NCBI GenBank assembly: GCA_000708835.1
Contig: DF237037.1
Coordinates: 1-64,000, forward strand
Length of the DNA: 64,000 nt
Origin: Klebsormidium nitens
Taxonomy: Eukaryota > Plantae > Klebsormidiophyceae
Reading direction: 5' to 3'
Shown here: positions 1 to 11,000 of the stretch, piece by piece
Position numbering within the stretch: the first letter of the stretch is position 1
Layout: each line of letters begins with the position of its first letter
Translations under genes and position numbers: made by a program
The notes under the pieces: generated by a model
Seen by the model: only the letters and a program-made list of their open reading frames with translations
Database searches by the model: none
Told to the model about the DNA's origin: nothing

Positions 1-95
1 AATGTCTCGAGAACCTTCGCAGGGGTGGTGACGTGGCAGTCCTCTCCGGTATATGCAATACAATTTAGCGTCACTGCCAAATCCGGCACGACCAT
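1..95 (-). CDS. Possible first exon of a gene running off the left edge (weak resemblance to the ANGUSTIFOLIA/CtBP N-terminus)
   Basis: ATG at 95 opens MVVPDLAVTLNCIAYTGEDCHVTTPAKVLET to the window edge, head-to-head with the methyltransferase. VTLNCI..EDC resembles plant AN, but only 31 codons are visible. Confidence 0.25.
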   Translation of the reverse strand, partial: MVVPDLAVTLNCIAYTGEDCHVTTPAKVLET

Positions 96-419
96 TGTCG
101 AACGTGCGCCGTCCGATCCGACCGGGCGGATCCTGGCCGTTTATTTAACTCCGAACTTCATTTGGTAGGCCCACGGTAAAGCCGGCAAGTCCCCCCACTT
201 GCATCCAACACTCCGGCGCTTCGAGCTGACGCTTTCTTCGCCGTTACCATTTTGTCTTTGCAGCTGGCCCGCCAATACCTACCGAGTCTGAAGTTTTCTC
301 CTGGACCTCACCGTCAGGGATTAGGAGTCAGGTGGGCTTTGGCGTCCTGGATCTGCTGCGTTCTTGTAGACAGCACTTTATGTAGCTGATGCGGTGGAGT
401 GGCTTGGAGATCCGGCGAG

Positions 420-3400
420 ATGGAGCTCAGGTGGGTAGCTTTGCTTTACGACCAAGGTGGAATGTTGCCGGATTGCCGTTGTCTTTTCACCACTGATGTC
501 ATATGCGATCAAGCCTGGTGCTAAAAGCAAGTTGGGACGGTGGTGCACTGCAGAACCGGCTTGTCTATTGTACATGTTGTTACAGTTTTACATGCAATTC
601 TCGGCTGTGACTGAGGAGCTTGGTCAACATCTGCTACAAAGCAGGGAACCATTGGTGCGATCCTTCTGAATAGAAACAAGTGGTCTTTTCTTCTACGTAC
701 AGAATGAACTCTGAACAGTCTACCTTTGTCAAGTTTCAACTGTTCGGGCTGGACATGCGACTCGCGCAGGTAAGCTACCAGGATCACGCTGGCCACACTT
801 ATATTTCATCAGTGCGAAGATCTTGGACTTCGCTTAATTTTCTTCGCTTCCTGAAGAGCCACAGACTCTCACAGTGCAGTTTCCAATCAGATAAACTAAA
901 AAGGCAAACGTGGTTTGTCAATCATTTGCCACCACCAGCTAACATCAATGTATCAAGCTGAGACCACTCTGTGACAAAGTCCTCGTAAGACTGGTCGGTC
1001 AAAAAAAGCTTACAGTTCCATTCACGATGGCGAACAGTCTGACCCAAGCTGGTGGGAAAAACACAAGGGTGACGGTTGATAAGTGCACGATCCCCAGGAT
1101 CAGTTTGACCGACTCTACCAATGAATAGCAAAGCAAAAGGTGAGCCCTGATGGCGCTTTATTGAGTGAAGTCATACCACGTCGGATCATGAAACATTGCT
1201 TTTCTGCAATTGCAGGACCCCAACTCCCAGCATCTCGGCAAGACGGTGTGGGATGCATCCATGGTTCTTGCAAAGTATCTGGTGAGTTATGTTGTTTCGA
1301 TTTCTGTGCGAGATGTGCTCCTCACATTTATTTGGTAGCCTGCCAGGCATGACTTCAGTTGCTCTAATGGCCTCGCTTCCGAATTTGGGGGTGTCTAGAA
1401 ACCACGCGGCCAGCTTAGGAGGCATGCAGCGGTGGTTGGACTGCACAGTTCGAGGGTAACCCCGGACTGATCTCGACACTGTCAGATTGGAGGTCCCTTT
1501 GAAGGATGCCGAGCTTGGAACAACATACATCAATACGGGTGGTGGCTTTCGCTCTCATGTCGTACCCTTTGTGCGTGGACTCCCTTCTAGAATTCCTCCC
1601 AGGTGAGTTGACAGTGCATCTGGTTTTTACGATGAGCCCTATCCTTGCTGTACGCAGGAGCGCAATGAGAACAAGGGCGAGTTCTCCCGCAAGAAGCTAG
1701 CTGGGAAGCGGGCGCTTGAGCTGGGTGCAGGGTGTGGGCTCGCCGGCATGGGTGAGGACAATCTTCGAACCTTCTGGGCTTTGGGTACGATCATGAATTT
1801 TGCTACAGCCCCTAGAAAATTAGAGCAGGATCTTAGGTAAGTACTGATTTGTAACGAGGATGGTTGTAGAACAAGGTGGCAACACTGGAGCCCCTTCAAA
1901 GAAGCGTATGCAAGCGTGAGGAACCCTCGGAAACGCGCTGAGCCTAATCTTTGAGGAGGGCTTCAATGACGATTCTGGGTTTCAGCCTTTTGTCTTCGCT
2001 GGATCTTCACACTTGAGCCTGCGATTCATGGTCTCTTCTAAACATTTGCGACAACGTCCTATCCTTTCCAGAACCCTGCAAAGCCAACTGCATGCTTAGA
2101 CACCCAGTGGATGGATGACATTTCCCGAACGCCACACCTCGGCTTTCCGCCAGCATCCGCTAGAAACTATGTGGACTCTCAGGTTGCAATCCGCTCACAC
2201 GCATTTCGAGGCCTGCTTTTCGCCAACTCAAGAGCCCCTACCGTAGCTGCCGATTGGACACCTTCACAGAAAAACGGAAACGCTTGAAGTATTCAAAGCA
2301 CCTGTCCTTGACGTTTTGCTCTGCTCCCCAGGCCTGTGCCTGCTGGGCTGCCACGTGGTCACGACCGACCAGCGCGACGTCCTCCCGCTACTGCAGCAGA
2401 ACATTGACTGGAACGTGTCTTCCGCTGTGCTCAGCGCCGCGGATTCGTCGCTTAGAGGTGCGCCGAGCTTCCGCTTCAATTTGAGAATCTTGAAACTTTG
2501 GGACTTGCGGGACTGCAAATTAACGAATATTTGATCTTCTACAGTCCATCTACATTGTAAGTTCACCTTTCCTACCCAACTTCCCTCCTTTAAGCCCAGA
2601 AGAGGGCTGTCAGAGAGAGAACTCAGATGACGAGTCAATTCAAGTCACGTTCTTGATGATCACTCTGAAGGCTCGGAAAACGGAGGGGATCAGAGGCAGA
2701 GGGAGAGAGAACGGACGCATCGATGCGGAGGGCTGATTCGTTGCTGACGCTCTCTGAGGTGTCGCTGCGATCAACCTGCATATAAGGTAGAAGCTGGTTT
2801 CTGGAATCGAAAAGCTTGCCAGAGTACGGCTTTCCGTGTTCTTACTATTTGGTGACTGGTGGTGCGAAGATCGTTTTCTGATTTTAGAAGGGACGTCTCG
2901 AAACCTGGTCCCAGCCTGTATTGAAAAAGGCCTGTCAAGATCGTCACATTTTAACGCCCGAGTCGTATAAGAAAGGAAACGTCCGTGCAAAGGTTGGAAG
3001 CATTGATATAAAATGGAATGAGCGGCCTTCCGAAACCTAAAACACATGTGCACCTCGCCCTGCGGCAGCCGGTCGCTTCAGGGGTTTCGACCAGACCCTT
3101 AACTCAGTCCAAATCTTTCAAATATATCACGTTGATGGGTCTCAAATGACCAGAGCGGAATCTTTCCTTCCAAAAACTAGAAGGCAGCAAGCTTTACGGA
3201 AAGATATACAAAGAGCCCAATGAAAGCGCTCAAACAATAGCTCCTCTGGCTATAGCAAAGATAGGAAAGATATGACTCGAGAGATGCCACTCTACACCAT
3301 AAGGCCCGCATGATCTTCTATTAAGACTGATCTCGCCTTTGCTTGCCTCCTCGTGCAGGCCCCGTGGGCGACGTGCTGGTGGCGGAACTTGACTGGGGGA

Positions 3401-5738
3401 ACGATGCACACGTCAAAGCTGTGAACCCGCCCTTCGACCTCGTGGTCGCTGCTGACGTGGTAACGCACTCGTCTTGTCCACGTCATGCAGCACGCTTGTC
3501 CATCCTCCGGGGATTCAACGCCCTCTCAGAGAATTAAAAAGAGTCGATAGATTGAGGACCTAAGTTGGGTCTCTGTCGGAAAGAATGACGTGGCGAGTTT
3601 TGAGTGCTAAATCCTGGTTTTGGCATCGTCCGGCCATGTCAGAAAGCGCTTTCCACCTCTCAATTTTCGCCACGTCATCAATTCCAGTAGCGGCTCCGGT
3701 CTCGGATCCAATATTACTGACACTTCTTGACCCTGCCTCAATACCAGGCATTGGGTTTGGTGCCTTCCTTGGCTGTGTCGCTCGGCATACTGTTTTTTGT
3801 TGGTCGCTGTTTCAGTCAGCTGGTGTAGTGCGGGGTGTCGGTGTGTATGTCAAGATCGACGACCCACGTGAAATGTGCTGGCATGACTTGGTTTGGTGAC
3901 CCATTTTCCGTCTGTCGGATGGCAGAAACTCAGCAAAGGACTGTCGTTTATTACATCTAAAAACGACTACACGCTTCTCATAGCGGTGTACATGATGGCC
4001 AGATTCTGCCATGCTTGCACGCCGTACTGACTTCGACCTCCGCGTTTCAGGAGCGGTCAGAACCTTTCCGCGTTCGGTGTTGTCTGCAACTATCGCCTGA
4101 AAACCGAAGCTAGGTGCTTCTCCAAGAAGACGTTTAAAATTTGAGACGATTCAAGAGAAGTGCATCTGACGTAAGCCGTGCGGACCTTGCAGCTGTATGC
4201 GGAGCACCTGGTGGAGCCGCTTCTGCGGACGATTGCAGCGGTCACAGGGCCTCGGACTACGACCCTGGTACGTACCCCTAGTACCGGAGGTTGGCAAATT
4301 GTTTGTCCTCCTTAAACGGCTGAGATTTGTTGCGGCAGTCGGAGCACCTTGCTTCTCCTTTGCCGTCTCTGCCGAAACTTCTTGCGTCTCTTGTTCTCCT
4401 TGGAAGTCCTCAAAGAAACGCACAGCACTTTCACGGCCGCGGTGCGAGAAGCCCATTGTAGATTGTCCACAAAAAACAAACCGCCGACCCCTTTCCGCGG
4501 GACAGATTTTCTCGTCTTTCGATGAATGTCCTTCCGAGAATGTCCTTTTGCCGCAGATCTCGTACGAGCTCCGGTCCCATTCCGTCCACACCGCCTTCCT
4601 GGAGCAGAGCAGCCGGCTCTTTTCCGTACGGAAGATTCCCCATGCCAAAGTAAGCGGGGCGGCGCAAGCTCCTTGATCCTTCCCGGAGTATCTTATTTCT
4701 AAGAGTGTTTGGATTGGTAAACGTAAGGTTACCAACTTCACCCGACCGCTCGGTTTCGTACCCGTAAAAGCCCGAGTAACGCACAGGGAAACAGCATCCC
4801 GAAAGCGTAACCTGCTCTCGGACCGTCGGTCAGCGCTTCCAAAAGGGAACCGTGAAAAGAGTCTGTGCACGGTTCGATCGTTACCGGGCCCAACGAATCG
4901 CTGCTCAGCGCGCGAGCGGCCAGTTTTCAAATCAAAGTGAACGTGCTGCCATTCTCATTTGCTTACTTGCGTCTCGATGTGGTAGATGCACCCGCTCTTC
5001 CAGCACCCCTCCATCGATATCTATGCCCTCCGGAAGCTTCCCCAGGTACGTTTGTGCGCCTTTCCCTTACTACATCTGTCTCGAAGTTGTGCACTTTTAG
5101 TGAAGCTCTTGTTTCAAATGTTCCGGCTTTCCGGGTCGATTGTCAACTTCGGTCTCAACTGCTTGTATTTCCCGTCACGAAAGCACAAAAGGGTCGATTG
5201 TCAACACCGGTCTTCTTCGTTTGTATTCCACGTCACGAAAGCACAAAGTCAAAGCCCAAAGAAACAAGGTAATCATTACGCCCACCGTAGATCTGAGGGA
5301 CCCGAACATCAAGCTTCGAGCTCACGTTGACCAAACGCTCGCCGCCTTTGTCTCTCTCTCCAGGCGCACTCTCGCTCCAGCACTTCCTCCCCCTCCCCTA
5401 CGCCGTCGCTTCAATCCGACGGTGCCGCAGAGAGCGGCTCTTCCGATCGGACGGCCCAGATTGCAGTGGCAAGCGTGGACGACGACAACGAATGTAAAGA
5501 CACAAGTACAACGCCTCAGATCGAGTCAGGAAAGCCTTCCGTATCAAATAACGTAAGACAACCCAATGAGGGATCTGTAGATTGCTCGCTTGTAGAAACC
5601 GAGTCCGATGCTCCCGAGCGGTTTGATACTTGTAGGGATAAAGAGGAGCCGGGGGCAGTCTGGGCGAGTAGGCGGGCTGGGGTAGAAGCGGCGCGACTAC
5701 TAGCAGGGATAAAGCTAGACTCGTCTGACGATCATTGA
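420..5738 (+). CDS. METTL21/VCPKMT-type protein-lysine N-methyltransferase (At1g08125-like), 10 exons
   Basis: Hand-spliced GT-AG exons 420-430, 703-769, 1216-1281, 1658-1751, 2332-2457, 3359-3459, 4193-4267, 4557-4649, 4986-5045, 5364-5738. They give DPNSQHLGKTVWDASMVLAKYL, SAM motif I ALELGAGCGLAG, VTTDQ, ELDWG, FDLVVAADVLY, ISYELRS and a C-terminal WASRRAGVEAARLL. The 11-nt first exon is inferred from phase compatibility. Confidence 0.9.
5133..5248. repeat. Intronic direct tandem repeat, 2 x 58 bp
   Basis: gggtcgattgtcaac...gtcacgaaagcacaaa starts at 5133 and again at 5191, inside the last intron of the methyltransferase gene. Confidence 0.8.
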
Positions 5739-7408
5739 TTGATGCATGAGCACTCGGTTCGCTAACTCGGACTCGAGCAATTTCACGGGACATATGCAAG
5801 GAATGATGCATCGCTTGAAAAAGACTAACTGGATGTAGTCACTTCGACCCGATCGCCCTTGGGCATGCGCTTATGGGCGGGCTTGGAAGCCTGCCGCCAT
5901 CATGGGCGCATGATGCCTGTACGTGTCGCTCGGCCGCCCGTTTCACAGGTTAAGATGTTCACTCTTCAGCACATGCATATGCGGGGCTCGATTTGCATGT
6001 TACGATTGATCGAAGCCGCCGGTAGCTCCGAGGCCAAATTCCTTATATAAGCTCAGTTGGCGCAGGGACGTCGAATCGGTCATTCCGGGGCGGCCGCCTA
6101 GCGGGCCTCGTTTCGATCCTAGATTCAGTGCTGGTGAAGCATGGCGGCCGCGACCGCGGGCGGCGCGGGCAAAAACTCTTGAGATGTATTCATACATCTA
6201 GCTGGTTGTGATTTGTGGCTGCCGCAAATCTTCGCATAGGAGCAAGCTAGCGCTCCACGGCCAGGCCCAGCGCTCCACGGCGGCGACGATGCAGCCTCTC
6301 TTTCGCTTCATCCGCCCAGCTAGGATCCAAAGCCATGGTGCTGTCGCCCATATATATATGGCAGTCCTGCCGGTTGCCCCCGGGCTGGCAGCTCTGGCGC
6401 ATCGCACGGCTGGACAGTGTTCAGCGGCCGCCAAGAAGTAATGCATCACATATATGCGGATATAGTACCTGCGTCAAGCTTTTGTTACAACCGCCTGTCT
6501 GTTTGACGACTCGATAAAATGCAGCTATACCTCCACAGAATCATCAATATGCTAATTGTCGAAAAACAAGCATGGCGGAGGTCGCCACTACCGGGGCGTT
6601 ATATTGCGCAGCACTTCTTCAATCATGAAATGTGGATCAGATGCACGAAGGCTCAATACGTATTGCCAATGTATGAAAGCTTTTGAACAATCAGATTCTT
6701 GTACAAGTATAAGCACATGCACGTGAAGATTGGAACACGAGGGATACCGGGGAGGATGTACATGCAATATAACTTGAGGTTTGGCAATAATTCACAACTC
6801 CATGGCAAATGATGGGTTCTGGGTTCAAAAGCCTTTCACATTCATTGTGGCATTGTACATGTAAACCATGCATGAGCGAGGACGCAAGAGGGCACATATG
6901 TAAGTGGTGCGCTGCCAAAGTATGGGTGGGATTATAATAGATGATAATGTCTTCATTGATCAGGCGATATTGAAAGGAGATGTCCTTACTTCTGAGCAAG
7001 TCTTACATGATTGTGACTGCTTGCCTACTGATTAGTCAAACCCAGGCTAACCCACGTTCAAAGATATTCTTTGTAAAGCAGCTCTAGCCTTCTTAAGCTT
7101 AGGACAGTTTATTCAGACTCTTCAGACTCTACGTTAATAGTCAGCAACCTCAATAGAAGAGTTTGTTTGCAGATGTTCTCGTCTTTGGCAACCACAACCC
7201 CCTATCTAACAAAACCTCATAGCCGCGTGCCAATCAGCTCAGCTCAAAACCCACTCTGTTTCAGCAGAAGGCTTAATTGTCTGCCTGCCATGCTTGTTCC
7301 AAGCACGAGCTAAAATGTGGCCTCAAAACATAGCCTCAAAACATAATCGCATCGCGAAAGCAGCGCCGGCAACTCACTAGCAGCACCTGTTGCCTGGAGC
7401 CTAACAGC

Positions 7409-8181
7409 CTACTTGACATAGATAGCCAGGAGACCCTCCCCAGAGTAGAAGTTCAGGTCGACATGGTACCTTGCGTTGTTGTGGGAGTCAATCAGATTGG
7501 ACCCGACGCCGATAACCACGTGGCCCCAGCTCCTCATAAACACGACGGCGCCCTTCTGCACATTGGCGGCCGTCACGGAAACCGTGCGCCAGCCAGACGC
7601 CTTCAGGAAGTCCTCCAGCCCGAGGGGACCCCCCTCCTTCTGGGAGCACCACAGAAGATCGTATGTCTTGCCGCCGTACGAGTAGGACCCAAAGGAGCTC
7701 TGCGCAGCGCCGGCAGATAGCCCGGGGACGTAGCCCCCCGCCGCGAGGGAGCGCGACACAAACTCGGCGCATTGGTAGCTGGACTGGCAGAGACGGTCGA
7801 CGTGCACGCGGCCGTCGCGCAGTTCCAGTGCGCGTCGGCGTAGCTCGCGACGGTGCCGTAGTTGTTGGATGATCCCCCCGCCTCGCAGCACTGGAACGCG
7901 GTCGGGCCGGGGCAGTATCCCGCCACGCTAGTTCCGGAGCATGAGCTGGTCCACTTGCAGGAGCCCTTGCCGGAGTCGCACGAGGTCTTATAGCAGCACT
8001 TGACGTCGGTGGGGTCGTTGGGGCAGTAACCCGAGGCGTATGTGCCCCCCCCTGAGGTGCAGTCTGCGGTGGCGATGCAGACACCCGGAGTGGAGCCCAC
8101 AGAGCATTGGCCGTTTAGGGTGGCCTGGGTGGGGGCCAGGAGGACCAGCAGGAGGAAGGGGAGGGCGGCGGCGATCGCCAT
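7409..8181 (-). pseudogene. Secreted protein with two Cys-rich repeats and an Amidase_6/CHAP/NlpC-P60-like domain; intronless, one frameshift near 7781-7794
   Basis: ORF 7603-8181 gives a signal peptide (MAIAAALPFLLLVLLAPTQA) and two C-x8/5-G-x-C...CP...CC repeats. ORF 7409-7891, in another frame, gives YQCAEFVSRSLAAGG, WGHVVIGVG and DSHN. The frames switch at gtc tct gc|cag tcc agc tac caa tgc (minus strand). Could be a functional gene with an assembly error. Confidence 0.7.
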
Positions 8182-11000
8182 TGTGGGCGAGGTTTCGGAG
8201 AGGCGCTTGGGGGAGGGGATTAAGATGGGAATGTGGGGATTCTGCTGTGAGGATGTAGCGGCTGTTCTTTCGTTGATGTACTGGAACTTGGTCCTTGCGA
8301 ATATAAAGCCTTCACAGCATGTGTCAAGTCCGTCTGCGACCGAGCTGATGCGCCCAAACGCTGACTAGACTCAGGCCGGAATTTGGCTCCTGATCAGACA
8401 GCTGACAAAGTTATGCAATTCGCGAGGAATCTCCGTAACAGACGAGGCGGGTCTGATTGACTTGAGCTCTCCTCCGCTTCGTTCTGAGATAAGAACATGC
8501 ACAAGGAACAGGCATGTGTTCGGTTGAGAGGAAGTTTAGAGAGCAGGCTGATCGCCCATCGTTACTACGGCACCCTACTGATTGGTACACTTCAAAATCA
8601 GTGCAGTGAGTCCATGCGGGGGCATGCAGCATTCTGACGTACCATTACCTATTCTCAATGCTGTCAATGCTGCATAGGTACTCTACATGTAACAGTGCAG
8701 ATGGGATCAACCCGCAAAAGGGCATCAAAAAGGGGCATCCGAATCTAAAAGTTCCATTGGAAAAGACGCGATGGGCTTCAATCATGTAGGTCTTATTGCA
8801 ATCATGACTCCCGACGCGCTTTGCTGTGTGCGCACTGCGATCTCAGACTGCAGTGCGGTTCAATCGAGCCAACCACGCCCGGGCAGAGAGAACTGCTTTG
8901 GAAATTATCGTGGCATTCTTCTGTAAATTTGTTGTAGACTTGACATCTGACCTAGAGCTGTGCTCATAAGGCCTTGCTTTTTAAATCTGACATTGATTTT
9001 GCACTGACGAGGTATGATTAGACTCGGGCACGATGTGTCTAGTTTTAGGCAACAATATTGCCATTGTTTGGAGGCCGCACATTTCAATAAGGAGCTTGCC
9101 GGGGGCTTGTCATTCATAAGAGGTCGGACTCAATCGGGTCGTGCCCGGGAGTAATAAGGGGCAGCCCCGGGAGGCCTGCATAGTGATCCACGACAGCCGC
9201 CGGTGGCCGGTTCCAATATACAGTTACCGAAGCCGTTCCCGGTAAGGTATTGTATAGATGTCTCAGACTCTCAGCCTTACATTTCAGCCTCCTTTAAATT
9301 GTGCAGGGGCTAGCTAGCCAAAAGGGACGCCTCAAGTTAACCGTCAGCCTGACTGAATCTGGTCAATGGATGTCAAAGGGGTGCGCCATTTTGATTGGCT
9401 CGGTTCACGTGCCCCGGTCACAAATCGTCGATCGGACCACGCGTACGGCTGCATGCCGATTCTTGGCGAGAAGCGATCCCGTCGCGCGCCCTCGGGAACC
9501 CTTGCCAACCGATTCTCTGCCGACCACTATAGCTGCACATCCGGCTGGCCGCTGCAGTACCAACCGAGGACCGGGCCCCGGTCACCGGTGCAATGGGCGC
9601 ATGGCGGCTTTGTCGATCATGACGCCGTTCCTGACCATGTGAACAGTACGGCAGGACGCGGGGCCGCAAACTAAATACAAGCCTGGCTACTGACTCCCGG
9701 GTCGTTGAATACCGCATCATCGAACTCATAAGCGCTCGTTTGCTCACATGTGTCGTTCTATTCCTATATCGGTTCTGCACGATGCGAGCTGAAGTGGTGC
9801 CAATTGCTTAAAATATGTACGTTTTCGACGAGCGAACTCGTTACTTAACACTAATCCCCTGACAGTCACTCCACGGGTCAGCTGTGTTCTTGTCTGGCAC
9901 CTTGACATGGCTTTTGGAATCCGCACATATACGTAAATGGTGACGGGATACAAGAAAACCACGTTGGAAACGACCAGGCGCGTATGGGACATATCCTCCC
10001 CGGTGCGGAAGGCATATGGTATATTCCACAGTCCACTCGTCGAATATGCTCTTCCGCCCGGGACGGACCTCGTGACGTACGGGCCCCGGGGTCCTCCCGG
10101 CAACCGTGACGCAAGCCCCGGCCTCCTCGGCGAAACCTTCGAAGGTTGCAAACCTCGCGCCGGCCAGGCGGCCGCGGCCGCCTCGAGCGTCAATATCGCG
10201 CGTACGTGCGCGGTGCGCAGGTGCATGCATGCCAATACGTCGTGGACGCAAAGTAGGTACTTATTTTTTGTGAGTGCTGACCCAAAAGCGAGTTACCGGC
10301 ATGGTCCGGCCGCCCTCGTTTCTGACGGAACGTGCCCATGAGCTTCGTGCGTGAGCGCGGCATTGCATTGTGCAATTACTGCGATCTTGCACAGCATGTG
10401 CATGCCAGCAGCACGCGGTGGATAAGTTGTGAAGAACTTCCATTGGGGCCGCAAAGCGCCGGGATCATGCAAGGCATGGCCGGTGCTGCCGGCGACTTAT
10501 CACGTTTAACTTGATGTAGCACAGGACAGACCGGAGGCAATTGCCGGATCATCGCACATTCACGAGCGGGCCAAGGAAGAAGTCTAGATAGCGCGCGCTA
10601 GCTGAAATCAGTCTGAAAACCTTCAGGTCTTCAGACTGAAAGGTGCACGTAAGCCGCATGGCACCAAGCGATACAAGGGCTTATAGTGACAGGCGCGTCT
10701 TTCAGGAGCTCCTCAATACAACCGAGTAGCGTAGCAGCAGCTGCGTGCCAGCCCACGCATGTGACTCCCCGACCATTAAATGGGCGTATCACCCACGCGT
10801 TTGAAGTAACCCGGAGACTCAGCTAGACTTAGCTAGCAACTGTTGAGAACCAAGGTCTGCTTAAGAAACGCCGGAAATTACATTGCGACACTTCAGACGC
10901 GGGAACCCTCAAGCGAGAGGACCTGTTTCGCCGTCGCTCCAGACTGACTTGGCTACCAGTGTTCGAAACCCTGTGAGCAATTCCTATTAGTTGCTTTTGG

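Noticed and set aside
4151-4930. 259-aa minus-strand ORF, first considered as a retroelement gag-like fragment
   Set aside because: It is antisense to exons 7-8 of the methyltransferase and has no CCHC, protease or RT motifs.
6049-6120. Second possible tRNA-like unit (aagctcagttgg ... gtttcgatcc)
   Set aside because: Both boxes are imperfect, the spacing (about 60 nt) is too long, there are no stems and there is no poly-T terminator.
9380-9400. Shared 19-nt word gtgcgccatt(t/c)t(g/t)attggc, also found near 35161
   Set aside because: A rough binomial estimate gives several 17/19 matches by chance in a 64-kb self-comparison, and the similarity does not extend.
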